This document shows positions 1-13,696 of a stretch of 64,000 nucleotides of DNA, in pieces; the first letter of the stretch is position 1, and the number at the start of each line of letters is the position of its first letter. Where the stretch lies: positions 436,195 to 500,194 of the forward strand of contig MNCI01001825.1 in assembly GCA_015680685.1 (NCBI GenBank). Reading direction: 5' to 3'. Source of the stretch: Gnetum montanum (lineage: Eukaryota; Plantae; Gnetophyta). Position numbers and translations under genes: made by a program. Under the pieces are notes generated by a model. That model had not been told where the DNA came from. It did no database searches and saw only the letters and a program-made list of their open reading frames with translations.

Positions 1-3000
1 TTCATCCATTCACAATGTAGGAGCTGGTCACCGCAATGAGGACAATGAAGACTAACAAGGTGCCTAGACCTGACGAGTAGCCCATAGAGTTCTTTAGGGC
101 ACATAGGGACCTAATGGGTGCAAATATTCTAGACGCCTTCAATCACATGCTCCACTAGCGGGAGGTGAGAAGTGAAATCAACTATTCATGCATTGTCTTA
201 ATCCCCAAGATTCTGGAGCCGTCATCACCCATGCACTTTTGGCTGATTGGGGTTTACAACACTCTCCTCAGACTATTTACAAAGATGCTAGTCCAACGGT
301 TAACATTGCTCATGCCTCAACTTGTCGAGTAGAATCAAGCGGGCTTTGTGAAGGGTCGTTTCCTCCAGGAGCAAGTACTTCTGATGCAAGACATACTACA
401 CTCATTCCGAATGTCTGGGTTCCTTGGGCTCTATGCAAAACTAGACATCATGAAAGCATTCGACATTGTCAATTGGACAACGCTACAAGAAATAATGTTG
501 TGGAAGGGATTTATGCCAGACTTCATGCGTCTGTGTGTGCAGATTCAATCATTAGGATAGTACTTGTTCGACATTGAGGGGAAGTTTTGGGGCTTTGACT
601 CACTTGGGCAAGGCCTGTGTCAAGGCGACCCCTTATCCCCTATGCACTTTATTCTGATAATGGATTTGCTACAAGGGTGCTACAAGATGGAGGGGCTTTG
701 AGATGTGTTAGTGGCAGGGGTGCACTGCATTGCAGAGCACTATGTAGATGACACAATTATCTTTGCACATGTGGCCATCCCTTAGGTAGCGACACTCCAA
801 CAAGCGTTGGGGTAGATGACGGCAGAACTGGGACTTGCAATCAATAAGGCAAAGTTGACACTACACCTAATCAACACAGACACACAAGTGAAGGAATCTA
901 TTAGGTCTTAGGTATCTTGCCTGGGACGACACAGGATTCCTACCTTGGGATGCCAATCTTTGACTGGCATCGGAGGCCAACATGGAATGCACTGCTTCAC
1001 AAGTTAGAAACAAAGATGGGGCATTGGACAAACGACTTTCCTTCAAGAAAGGGTTAATTGATCCTTGCATCATCTGTTCTAATGGCGGTGGTGAGATTTA
1101 TGGCCTCCATGACACAACTACTTGAGGGGGTGACCCAAAAAATTGATCAGATTATAAGGCGCTTTGTTTGGTTGGGGGGGCAAAGGAGGAGGTAAATTGC
1201 ACCTAGTATGTTGGGAAAATACCGCAAAGCCAAAAAATGTAGGAGGAATTGGCATCCTAAATTTCAAGACAAAGGTTCTGCTAGGGATGCAAAGGCTTGT
1301 CAACAAACTGCTAGCACCAGAGGGACAGCCTGCCCAATGGGTTAGCATTATTCGAGGGAAATATCAATTTTGGGAGGTTGGCTCAGGCAGGTCATAGCTT
1401 TGGAGCGTGTTGTGCTAGCACGCTACTCAGATGTAGGAATGTGGTCTACTGGGCATGGCCCCAAAGGGGATTATTTAGCATTGCTTTCCATCAACCCCTA
1501 GGTTCAAGATTATATGGCAAGGCTAACTGCTTGAGAAAGTCAAGGCTTTCCTTTGGTTGGTTGCTAATAGGACATTGCTGGTGAGAGGGTTCTTGCGAAA
1601 GAGAGGTTTGGATATCGACCCTTGATGCCCCCTCTTCATGCAGAGTACAGAAACAATTCATCATTTCATTTCCGAATGCCCATACATGCTTAACACCTGG
1701 CAAGCTGTGGAACTAAGACAACCTTTGAGATTGAATGGGGATAAAAAGGAAACGGTGGTGCTGTGGGCAGCTTGGAACCACTGCAATCACCTGATTTTTA
1801 GGGCAACGGCCACACCGCCATTGGTTGTTGCCACTCATGGGCTGAAGATGTGGGAAGAAGCGACGCATAATATGGGTCTCCTGCAATATCAACGATCGAC
1901 GGTGGTAGAGTTTAGACTTGACAGAAAGTTGTGGATGCTGGTACAACATGCTAAATGGGCAAACTTGCTACCTTGAATTGACAGAGTGCCAAATTTGGCG
2001 AATGATACTTTCTTTGAGAAGTGGGTTAGGGAGGAAACGACATTTCGGGGAAGGAAGATCTTGTTGATGGAGGGGGTTGTACCTAAGGCATTGGTTGTCC
2101 CAACAGACAAGGAGATGTTCCAACCAATGCTACATAGCTACAAGTACATGCATTAGTTCTTCCACGGCCCTACACCAAAAACAACTAGCGACCATGTCCC
2201 TCGAATGGTGCCGCCACCGCTATGGCAGAAGGTGATGCCCTTTGTTGACACGTTTCTTGTGCAATCCAACACTATGTCAAAGTTGTTGGGAGTGCACTTC
2301 ACCTTTATGAACTGCCTCGGGAGGGCATTGCAAGTCAACATACCGTTTTTCCTCTTGATTTCCCTACGAAGACGATGACTTGGAAGGCATGTAGGGCTTA
2401 TCTTGGCACTTTGGCAATATGGGACGGAGGTCCCAACGATGGTCTATCTAACAACTTTATTGGTATACCACTGACGATGATTCCTGGACGATCATCGGGC
2501 CAATGCGTTGGGCTCAAAGTTGCCAAAGGGAGGGGGCAAAGCTGCAAGTTCCTCAACAGCCCCACAGGGGAGGAGTGAACGGGCGCTAATGAGGCCAATG
2601 GAGGTTGGACAAGCATGCAGGGCGACAGAAAATCAAGCTCAAGAGGAGGAGAAACAATTGTTAGGAGGGCTAGAATGTGTATGAAGAGGCCCTCCAAAAG
2701 GCGCAATCGATTTGGTGGCTTGGCACAAGGAAGAATGGCAAGATCTCTCTTGGTGGAACCAACAAAGACGAGAGTTGATAAAGCAATTGTTATGGCACGA
2801 TCCTCCATGGCCAAGGGAGAAAAAGGGCACGCAGTTAGACGCAGAGAATGCACAACAAGAAGCCAAGATTAGGGGGGAACAACACTAGGGGATTAAGTTG
2901 GATGTCATGATCGCAATTAGTCACGGTTGCGGCCCTTTTGGTTGGGTTGCTATCTTGGTGGGGTTTGCTGAGTGGGTAGCCAACTCGACCTTGCACTACG

Positions 3001-3232
3001 TGAATATTTGTGTAGGCATGTGTTTTCTGATCTGTCTGGAAACCCTCCTTTTTCTTTAAGTTTCTGGTTTTTGGGGTTGGGTTGGGTTTTGGATTGTCTA
3101 TGGGCTGACACCTGCAAGGGTGGCTTGTGAGGTGTCAACACATGGGACGGTGGTTGCTAGGTGCCCCTTTTCCTAGTTGTAAACTCTCTTTTATACTATT
3201 AATAAAACCTGGACATTTCTCAAAAAAAAAAA
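1..3232 (+). mobile_element. Degenerate L1-clade LINE (3' part: RT, zf-RVT, extra C-terminal domain, 3'UTR, poly-A); relative of the family at 15466; lies in the SMG8 intron, antisense
   Basis: RT motifs KLDIMKAFD, QGDPLSP, HYVDD; KLHLVCW..KPKNVGGIG; zf-RVT ETIHHFISEC; LWAAWNHCNHLIF; A-tail 3222-3232; many stops and frameshifts. Confidence 0.92.
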
Positions 3233-3724
3233 GCAGCAAATATCCAAGTTGTGTAGCAATTGCACATTGGAAAAATATGAACCGTAAGTTGTGTGCGCTA
3301 AGAATCCACCAAGAACGGACCACATATGAAGTGGTAGTTCGAGAATTCAAGTTGGCACATGATGACATCATTAAAGGTTCAAATGAACCTCGTCTCACAA
3401 ATAAGACCAACTAGGAAAATTTCTCAAAGAAAGAGATCGTGAATACATGAAATCATGATATGAAGCAACTGTTGAAATTGACTCATGAATGACTAATGAA
3501 ATCAAGAATTATAATAACAATGATGTATGATATAAACAAGTTGTTGATCAATTAATAATCTCCCTAATAAGATCCTATAGAGTTGTCCATGAAACATAAA
3601 ACAAAACTCTAACAAAATACAACATATATTATTTCTTCCTCCCTATCAAGACCATGTGTCTACCAATTTAGAAATTGTTGTTGGCATTATGCAGTGGAAC
3701 TGTCAGAATTTAAAAGCTACATTC

Positions 3725-3935
3725 TAAACCATCATGCCTTTTCATGGCGTAAAAACAAATGGCTAGAACTCTCAGAAGATTGGCTACAAATTATACACTT
3801 GCCTGGAATTTCTATTCCAAAGTTCCACAATGTCTCTCTTGGAGGAAGTTAATCTTGCCTTGCTTTACAGAAGAACAGCTGCATTTTTGGTGGAAGGATT
3901 TTCATGTTCCATTTCGTTGCCTCCTTTATGTCTCT
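3725..3935 (-). mobile_element. L1 LINE zf-RVT remnant
   Basis: Minus strand reads KILPPKMQLFFCKARQD*LPPRETLWNFGIEIPGKCIICSQSSESSSHLF (CxxC...ExxxHLF). Confidence 0.7.
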
Positions 3936-4997
3936 TCTTGGTTGCTAAATGTCTTCAATGCAACCTAACTGCCATTTAGTTCTGGATTTGACAATTTCTA
4001 ACACCATGTTGAGCTTTGTTTGTATAATACTAATAAATTTATTTGACTACATTCAAATCAGATATTTCATTAAAATTTAGTACAAAATTTTCCAAATTTC
4101 TCAAGTCCATCTCAATAAATCAGAAACTCTCACAATATCAAACACCTCAAGACATGTATTATTATTTTTATTCTGCTTTAATCATTTGATTCTTTGTTTC
4201 TTATTTTGATCATTTCATTACTGACCGGTTCTCCTTCTTTTCACTATTATTAACCATCGTTTGGAGTTAATGTTTGTTTGCTGACATTCTTTTAAAATTT
4301 TATTATTTAAAAAAATTGACAGTCAGTCTTCTTCAGGGTTTTATTTGTTAGAAATAATGTGTCATGCAAACATCATTCAACAAGCTAATAAACAAAGGGA
4401 GAAAAGACAAGATTCTATTTGGCATCATCACAAACAAGAAGATGAGGTGTTTTTTATTTTACCAAAAAGAATTGATGGGCAGATGCAATTATTTTTGGAC
4501 CCAATTCTTCATCATTTTACATTATTTTTCACTTTTTATAATTGGGGAATGACTTTTCATCAACTCCATTTATGGCCCCAATATTTTCTATAAATATGAT
4601 GGCCATACATTGATGTAGGTGATTGCTTTTGAAGAAATAAAAGTTTGCTACGAATTTGTTTTCTCAAGTTAACTATTCATCTTCATAAGTCTCAATTTCT
4701 CTCTATCCTACTATTCCTCTATCCCATTTAATCCTATCCTCACAAAGACCTGCAGGAATTTAATTCAAATCATCATCCAACCAGGTCAAGTACTCATCAT
4801 CATCCTTTTTAATCCCCTTTCAAGGTGGTCAACAGAAGGTGAAAAGTTTTTCCTAATTTTCTGAAATCTGCTGCTATCTACAACAATGTATTGTGATTAT
4901 CAATGATTCAAGTCAAAGCACTCCTTGGGGCGAATCCAAGGATATCAAGTTTGTTGATTTTCGATTTGTAAATTTCAAGTTATTGCAGAACACTTTC

Positions 4998-5715
4998 ACC
5001 ATGACTTGTGGTTAACTCATCTCACCATGACTCGTGGTATCGCAGACATTAATTTTCTTCAGACCATGACTCGTAGTTCACTCGTGGTAACTCACCACAA
5101 CTTGTGGTTAATTCATGGTTGATGCAAAATTGTCAACTACGACTTGTGAATGCATTGTGGGCCAAACTTCTCCAAAGATATCTTCACCACAGCTCGTGGT
5201 GATCTCGTGGTACAGTAACCACAACTCATGGTCAACTTGTGGTGAAAGTACAAACTAGTTTAGCTACATATTTATAATATATTTCTATTATTTGGCCAAG
5301 AGAATCTCATATATTTTACAAATTAATAAAATCTTAAATTGATTCATTGAGAATTGATACTCATATTGAAAACCAAAATCAAAATGACTGTAAGTTATTC
5401 AATAATAATTCTTATGAAAAGTTCTATTAATTTGATTCATAGTGTTTTTTTTTTCCATGGCATGGACTTTCAATCACGTTTTTCTCCATTGTGGGATCTT
5501 ACATGGAAGCATGACGTGGAGGGCGACAAAATACACTCCCCCCTCCCCCACTGTGCCAGACGTATTGGCCTCTTGGCCAAAATAAGGAAAATTTATCATG
5601 GCTCATCCTCGTGGACTCCTTAGACAATTTATTCTTTTGTTTCTACAATCACCACAACTCATGCTATAATACCACAACTTGTGGTAAAAACAGAAATCCT
5701 TACAACTCGTGGTTA
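4998..5715. repeat. Cluster of semi-palindromic ACCAC(G/A)ACT(C/T)GTGGT-type motifs, probably subterminal repeats of a non-autonomous DNA transposon, interrupted by an AT-rich insert
   Basis: Repeated accatgactcgtgg/accacaacttgtgg motifs at 4998-5245 and 5650-5715; similar cluster at about 40620-40945. Confidence 0.6.
5252..5393 (+). repeat. Dispersed ~140 bp repeat, copy 1 (copy 2 at about 12054-12193)
   Basis: aactagt(t/c)tagcta...tttggccaagagaatct...aaaccaaaatcaaaatga is nearly identical in both places. Confidence 0.85.
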
Positions 5716-6881
5716 AGTCATAGTCGCTCAAAATTTGAAATTTTTCAGAGTTAAGACTGGATTTTAACACATCATCCTCATCCTATTTTATCCCATTCAT
5801 CACTTCATTATTCATATTGCTCCACCCGCTACAAAGTTCAAAGACATTTTCTTAGAAAACCAGATTCCCCGTTCATTGTGACCTTTTACACAGGTCATGA
5901 CTATTTGAACTTCTTTAGAACATCATGTCTCGACACCTCTTAACTTCATTGAGAAAACATTCAAAACTGGATATTATGTTTATATTTATTACTTCAACAT
6001 AATGTTTCTCAAACTAAAGGCTATCTTCCAATAAAAAGCAAGAAATGTTTAGCTATCTTATAAGTATCTTTCAAAATCTCATTGTGCCTTCCACTAAAAG
6101 GCTGTAAGTATTGCTTTTAACTACTGTAGGAAATTCAGTTCCCCCAGGTAATAGAACTCTCCACATCCAACACTGATGTCCCTGAAAAGACCTTAGACTT
6201 TAGCTAATGATTATCAATATTTGGCAAAGTAAAGGCATGTTTCTAAGTTTTAATGCATTACTTAGGATCATTTAAAAAAATGCAGTCCTTTTCAAACTCT
6301 TCCCATACATTCTGTTGATCTAAGATGAAATCACAAAGATATTTTGTTCTTCACCAGGTCCTTTTCCATCTTCTAGTATGACTAGATAATAGCATCTCTA
6401 GTAGATGACTACATCACTTTACGACAAACATCATCAACATTCTGCAAAATTATTATTAACATCCCCTATGTCTCTACGACCCTGCCTAACCAAATTTCAC
6501 TAGCAGAATTGGATGATAACCATAAACAGGATAACAGCAACTTTGTGATTATCAAATTTTGGATGAAGAAGAATCATCTGGAGAACGTTTGAGAAAAATT
6601 TGTTATCCTTGAAATTTCCAGGAATCCAAACTCAATGTTCAAGCAAATCATCTAAAAAATGTTATTTCCACCTTGAAATCAACTGATCTTTTTTTGTTGA
6701 TTAATAAAATCTTCTTTCTACCTGTTCAAAAAAATTTTAACTGATAAATAAAATATTTCCCTACCAGAAGAAATTTAAATGCATACAATTGAATCCAAAC
6801 ACTCATTTCAGAAAATTTCTTTTGATACACTGTTAAATAAAACATAGAAGAAAATATTCCGAAGAGAAAACAGTTACATAC

Positions 6882-9758
6882 CATAAAGATTCTTTGAAGT
6901 TGTGATATTGTACTGGCAAATTTTTGTATATGTTCTCTATCACTTCGACCAGAATGATGGCAATGGGGACAATGCATATAAACAGGTAGATTCATGTTAA
7001 CCAAAGAAAATCCTGGACCTTCTCCTTCATTCAGAAATGTGACCACAGCATTCCTTCCATCACACATAAAATCATTATTTGGAAGGTTAGAGGCCTTCCT
7101 TATGCTTGTAACAGTTAGGTTCAAAATTGTTTCATGTGCACCTTTCAACCTCTTATCATCTCTATAGTTGGGCTTATTTTGTAACTGACTTTGCTTTGCA
7201 CCTTGTTTATCTTCCTTCAAAATATAAGTCTGCTGATCTGCACCCTTTTTACCAACATTTTTAACATAATCAGAATATGGAGAACCCAATTTTTCTAACT
7301 GTTCCAGTGACAGAAAGAAACGGTGTCCATAAGAGCATTCATGCTCGAATCCAATGTAAAAAGTAGTATGCTTGAATCTCAAGCTAGGTTGTGCTCTATT
7401 ACTTTTCTGAGATGTTGCTGTCACTGTCTTGTGCCCTAAAAGAAAATCTGCTTGCTCTTCCCGTCCATCAACAGTTGGCATCTCAACAATCTTTTCAAAT
7501 GCAGTAGATTTTGACTGAATAACATTTGTGTCTTCAATCACGGCATGTGGCATCTGGTCTTTCTTTTCTTTTCCACCCTTTTGCTTAACAATCTTATCTG
7601 AATTTCCATGTTGTTGTTTCTTCTGCTGAAGTGGCGGAAAAGCCGAATCTGAGGTGGAATTTGACTTTGCAACAACCTCTGCAAATGGTTTTTTCATTTC
7701 TGGTACCGGAAACCCCCTCGAAATACTTGTCTTTGGATCATCATCTGGCCTTCTCTCTAAAGGTTTTCCTAGTTTCCCTTTCACTGGAACTTGAGTGTCC
7801 AAGGAAACATCAACAACAGACACAGAATTCAGCGCTGTTTTGTCATCAACACTAACACCTATGTGTTCTGAATCCTGGGTGGTTGAAAATGGTGTTTTGA
7901 AATCATCTTTCAAGATATTGTCCAAACCAGCATGTGGAGGATCCTCTAACACATGTGAAAATGTCCATTTAAACAGGAGATTTTCACTGGTGCAAAAGCC
8001 ACTTTGCTGCAAGCCTACAGATACATCATAATACTTTATTCCTCCTAGACGTAATAAACTCCATGCTGCACCCCCCATTGGATCTCCATTGTTGCTGAAT
8101 GGTATGCTCAATGATGGTAAATTGTCCTCACAGTTAGGAAAGTGAGAAAACTTGACATTTGCACTCTCAAAATCAAATGGATCATTGCGTAATCGCCTAG
8201 ACCTACCACACGCACAAGCATGTAGAAAAACAAAGCCGCTGGAGTGTGGCCTTGTATTAAATTTTTTATCTGAAGGACTAGAAGTTTCAGGGACCTCATG
8301 AATTGGGTGCACACATGGTTTACCAGTCAAGCTAACAGCATCACAAAGCTGCCTCCCAGACTTCCAAATTGCCTCACAATTATCTTTTAACTTGTCAAGA
8401 AAAGATCGTACTGCAGGTCCCCTTACCATACTTTGAAATGCATGTAAAGCTTTTTCAAGCTGTGTCTTATGTACAACTGTTGGATAAGATGGTGGCAATC
8501 CTTTCAGATATAATTCTTTGGCAGAAGGAAGAGCTCTTTTGCACCATGCTGCAGAAAATTTCATATCCAAACCCCTTCCAACCTCCAAACAAGACAGGAT
8601 TGTTTGTAAAGGTACTTGAGCTTTACACGTTTCAGTCGTCTGAAAACTACCACTCCCTTCTAAAAATCCACGATTAAGCTCATTGTCGAATGTATTACAA
8701 ATTCTACCTTCAATCAATAAATCATACAGAATACAACATGCTGCTTGCCAACTTGTGATACTTGGAAGTTCAGGTGGTGGAGGACTAGAGTAAGACTTCA
8801 TGGATGTTCCAGCACCTCCTGCTGCAGCAGAAGCAGCTGCGGCTGCTGCTGCTGCAGCAACCATACCCACACCCACTGAAGTACCTGCAGAATTTACACT
8901 TATTCCTCCTCTCCCTCGAAGTGCGTCAATCTGACGGCTGAGAAATTCCTTGATTGATAAAATATCTTCGGTTACCCCAGTGTGACTATTATGTTCTAAA
9001 CGCAAGCTTTCTAGAAATTCCTTACCCAATAAAATTTCTTCCAGCGCTGCATTTAAAGAATGAGATTTTCGATTGCTAGATCTGTCTATAAGTGCAATAG
9101 CCTTAGAAGCATCAAGTGTAAATAAAGGTCCAACAGCACCGCCTGCTGACATTGAAACAGCAGACCCAGGACCACGTGGACCATGTCCAGAACTAGTAGC
9201 AGTGCCTCCATCACCTCCCCCAGCAATAATTCGACACTTTTTAATCAGAAAACGTATTTGAGTTTCTAATGATGTCTGCAACCTCTTCCGAAACCCACCT
9301 TCCAGCTTACCTGCCGGGCGTGCCAGCATCACAACAGGGTTGGATACTTTGGACTGTAAACCCGGCCCTGGAATATGAAGAATTCCAGGCCCCTGCTGAG
9401 CCGATATGCCCTGAGGATTAACGGGTGACTCCGTGGAATGGCTGTTGAATGAATTACTGGTTGATGACGACGTCTCAGGAAAGTCATCAAGGACAGCAAA
9501 CAACAAGACAGGAGTACACTGACCAGGGAGCAGGTTGGTAGAAGAGCCTGAAATGCCTTTAATGGCAGAAGTTGCTCTTGAGTTCGTTGTAACCCTGGAT
9601 CCTGTCCCAGGCGTTGGCACAGGAAGCAAACCTGGCAGAATTTGAGATTTGACAAAAGGAACCAAGGAGTGTTTGGCAGCTTGTAATGTGCGAAATGTTT
9701 TTAACAACTGCGTCTCGAACCTCACTCCTTCGTGAACAAAGATAAGTACATGGCACAC
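6882..9758 (-). CDS. SMG8: Nonsense-mediated decay factor SMG8, exon 2 (2877 bp, phase 0/0); further exon(s) lie left of the window
   Basis: 959-codon frame with plant SMG8 motifs WKSGRQLCDAVSLTGKPCVH, HSSGFVFLHACACGRSRRLRNDPFDF, GFEHECSYGHRF, NLPVYMHCPHC, KFASTISQLQRIFM; acceptor CAG|GTG at 9758; donor ATG|GTATGT at 6882. Confidence 0.9.
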
Positions 9759-10224
9759 CTGCAGTGATTATAAGTTACAATTGTTTCGGTTTCAGTTTCA
9801 TAAGTTACAATGCATGAAATTTCAGAATTCTAAATATATCAACACAGGACATGCATGTTAGCAAATTTGATCAAAAGCATCATTTTTGAGACCCTTCGGA
9901 TGATAACTGACTACCCTTTCCTTGTTTTACGAAGGAAACGATTTTTGAAATGGTGTAAGTGTTATATAGAAAAAAATGCCTAGTGGGAAGAAATTTCATG
10001 TATATGTACCAAACCCTTACCAAACTGCTATAACATTGGACAAAAATTGGAAATGATGAATCAAGAGAGCTCTACGAGAATAAGCCAACTTTTAATCCAG
10101 CCAGAAATCAGGAACCGAAACACGGAGTCTGGAGTATTTGCTTATTGTATATATAAGAATCTCATAGTATGGATCTATGCGGGGAAAAATATTTATGTAT
10201 ACCTAATACAAAAAGGAAACTTAC

Positions 10225-10794
10225 AGAGAACATAAACAGAAGTCCATGAAGCGCATCTGTTTCATGTTGATCGAGCACGGTGCGATACTCGTGTGGAATG
10301 GAGTTGCTTAGCTCTGTAGTGGCCCTCTCTAAATGAGGAGAACCCCAAGCGAACTGCAAATAAACGGTCGCTCTCTCCTCATCGACATAGTACGTAATAT
10401 GCTGATGATGCTTGTAACTATTTGCAGGCAACTCGACGGCCACGTCTGTGAAGCCCTGGCGAATGTGAACGTCTTTGTTTCCAGAACCGAAAATGTGAGC
10501 GTCCAGAAGCCTGTTCAGCAGCTGCGTCACGCTATCCGCATTTCTGCCTACAGCGCCTACGACCGCAACGCCGCCTGAACTTGAAGACGACGGACTTGCA
10601 ACGCTTGGAACTGGAAATTTTGCTGGAGGAGGATTTGCAAAGCCTGAATTTGAATTTGAATTTGAAGAAGAAGCAGACGAAGGCGAAGAGATTGGAAAGG
10701 ATAGTGGATCCAAAGGCACACGCGCAATATTTGATGATGCGGATCGCGTCAAGACTCTGAAGGTTGGAACCGAGGAGCCTGCGCCTGCATCCAT
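10225..10794 (-). CDS. SMG8: SMG8 exon 1 (ATG at 10794, 190 codons)
   Basis: MDAG...RVLTR, GVAVVGAVG, QLLNRLLDAHIFGSG, LHGLLFMFS|GTAAG donor; joins in phase to VCHVLIFVHEG of exon 2. Confidence 0.88.
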
Positions 10795-12780
10795 AATTTC
10801 ATGTCTGCGTATAACTCTCGACTGCAGACTTCAGCCGTAGAAGCTGCATTTACTGTACCAGATGCAAGGACCACTGCCTCACATGTCCGCTATTCAACTA
10901 ATATTTTCCTTACAAGAAAGCGGGAACCTCCAAAAAACCGCAGAATTTCAGTATTTTACAATGCGATTTGGAGTAATCAGCAGTTAAAGAGATATATATA
11001 TAGCTATAATGGAGAATTATAGAGAAATATTACGGTGTACAAAAGTGATTTGATTCTCCTGGACGGTTGATTTTTTCCGTGGGAAGCGATGAAGGCAGGT
11101 AGAGGGTTCTTCGAATTATTTTATTATTTTTGTTTTCTTTTTTAATTTAAGAAAACTTGGGGTTGGTAGCAAAGCCCCACCTATATTTTTTAAAATATTT
11201 TGGTCGCCACTATGGACATAGAGTGAGAAGGGGAGAAGGCAGATGTGTTTTTGGGAATATTTTTCCCCATTACCTTAACATGATATTTTGATAGAATGCA
11301 CGTAGAATGCAAAGATGTTTAAAGTGTCAAGATTATGAATGAGAGAAGATTCAAGTGGTTAGCTCATTATCTTGTTGAATAAGAAGTTGCAAGTTCTAGT
11401 CAAACTTGAGCAAAGGTATATAAAGTGGGGGTGGTGGTAGGGTGTCAAAATCCGATGATTATATGTACCCTAGAACATATACCAACAAAAAATTTTCATA
11501 GAACATAAGTAGAACACATCAATTAGATCATTGGTAATGATTCATGTGTGCTTTGTGGTACATATGTAGAGACCTTGCATCCTACTTTTTTCAATGCACA
11601 AAGTGTATTGGCATTTGGATTCAACCCAACTTAACTCTTGAAGATTTATTGAGATTTTGATTATCCACTATAGAAACATGGTGGAATAAATGTGTAAAAG
11701 CTCTTATTCCTTACATCCTAGTAAATGTGTAAAAGCTCTTCTTCCTTGCATTCATTATTAATGGTGGATTACTCGTAATGCTTTTATGTTTTAAGGAACC
11801 ACCATCATTCCACATGTTGTTGTGTTACAAGTTCTAAATATTTTGTCTATTGTTTCCAAGCACAATGATGCCTCTTAATTTAGACAATGAGAGAAATGAG
11901 TTGCTTGTCTAGGATTAAATTGTTGTTATGCACTTTTTGAATATAAGTTGCTTTAAAAATTTTGTTTTGTTTTATTTTATTTTATTTAATCAATTGAGGT
12001 GCTTGACTATTGTTGTTTGTTTCATAGGAGGATTATGTTTTGTTTGCCATTGTAACTAGTCTAGCTATATATTTATAATATATATCTATTATTTGGCCAA
12101 GAGAATCTTATATATTTTACAAATTAATAAAATCTCAAATTGATTCATTGAGAATTAATATTCATATTAAAAACCAAAATCAAAATGATTGTACATTATT
12201 TGAGTGCATTTTTTTATCGCATTTTTCTCCATCCTAGCATCTTACTATTTTTCATACTATTTTTTTCTGCCTCAATTATAGATATAGGTTTACAATTTCT
12301 CTTCTAAAAAAACATGAAACATTCATAAAACTAAGGTAGACCATAACAATGTGTTAGATCAACATGCACATTAGAATTGAGCTTATGACTTACCAACCAT
12401 AAGCTGCATGCTTTAACTAACATAGCAATGTCTCACTAGAAAAGGGTCTCTAAAGTGTAAATTGAATTTGCAACCTCTTATTTGCACAATAGTTCTTAGA
12501 TGAAATCACCAATTGAGCTACTTTTCATATATGATCAATTGATGGGCCACTTGGGGGATGGGTATTGGACCATTAATTTTGAAAATACTTTTAAAGGTTT
12601 TCATCTTTACAACCAATCCTAAAAAACCTTCCCTTTATAAAAAGGATTAGGGCTTGGTGTAATCATTGTGTAATTGCCTAGAAACTCTAAGAAGGACCTT
12701 CTCTCATTAATGTTATCTACAAGTCAAGCTTCAAATATATCACCTTGCAATAGTCAACATCTAATAAATGAAAGTGAAAC

Positions 12781-13696
12781 TGATGAATCGTGGTTTGTCA
12801 GGTGTTGATATCGGACCCTTGTTAACCAGGTGCTAATATTGGACCCCTGTTATCAAACCCCTGATATCTAATGAGTCCCAATATTGGACACTCGATATTG
12901 GATCCTCGATATCGAGTACGCAATATCGAGGCCTGGCTAGCGATATCGAATACGCAATATCATGGTTCCTATGTGAGCCTATAAATACACAATTAGGCGC
13001 ACAAGAAAGTAATAGGAAGTTAGTATTAGAGTAAGATCTTTTTTTTGGTTTTTCCTCTCAACCCTTTTCCCAGTGCATGCCCGCAGTGTGATTATTGTAA
13101 TTGTACGAAACCTTTATTTAAGTGTGACGTACTTGGACACCCACATGACCAGCAATAAAGATTGAGATTACTTCATCATTGCAGCATTCACTTAGTTTTA
13201 ATTGTTATTTATTGCTTTCTTACTTAATCTCTCTTTACCTTCCTCTCCTATCCTTGTTAGTAAACGTAGAATGAGTACAACTTAATCACGAGCATTTAAG
13301 TGTGACTACTTGGTATCCCAATAGCGTACCTAGGACATGCGCTTAGTAATCCTAGTGGTAGTACATGAAGTCCAAGATGTGTAAGAATGATTAAGGATGG
13401 ATGCTCATTGCACTTAGGCTAGCTTAGACTCTCTTCACCCATTCCCTCTTAGCTTAATTAAAGTTATTCTCCATTGCTTTTAGGAGTAGCACTAATTTAG
13501 GACCACATCATACATCTCACTCTAGACTAAACCATACATGACAAAGTAAATACTAGTCTAGGTGGGAAGACAACAAACTGCAATCAACGAATAACTACCT
13601 AGATACCACAACTAGTCCGTTTGCAGAGTTCGACTGAATCATGCATAAACGCTCGTATTCGTATGGTTGAGTGTAGGGGTACCTCGCCACTCATCA
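12781..13696 (+). mobile_element. Probable solo LTR (~916 bp)
   Basis: TGATGA...TCATCA inverted termini, GATAT(C/T)G repeat array near the 5' end, TATA (cctataaatac) near 12980; flanks gaaac/aaagc give only an imperfect TSD. Confidence 0.55.

Noticed and set aside
3637-3968. Candidate last exon of SMG8
   Set aside because: Translates as an L1 zf-RVT remnant, not the expected VTPP.P..L..CP motif
12370-12525. tRNA-like A/B-box fragments on the minus strand
   Set aside because: Too degenerate to fold as a tRNA; at most SINE debris
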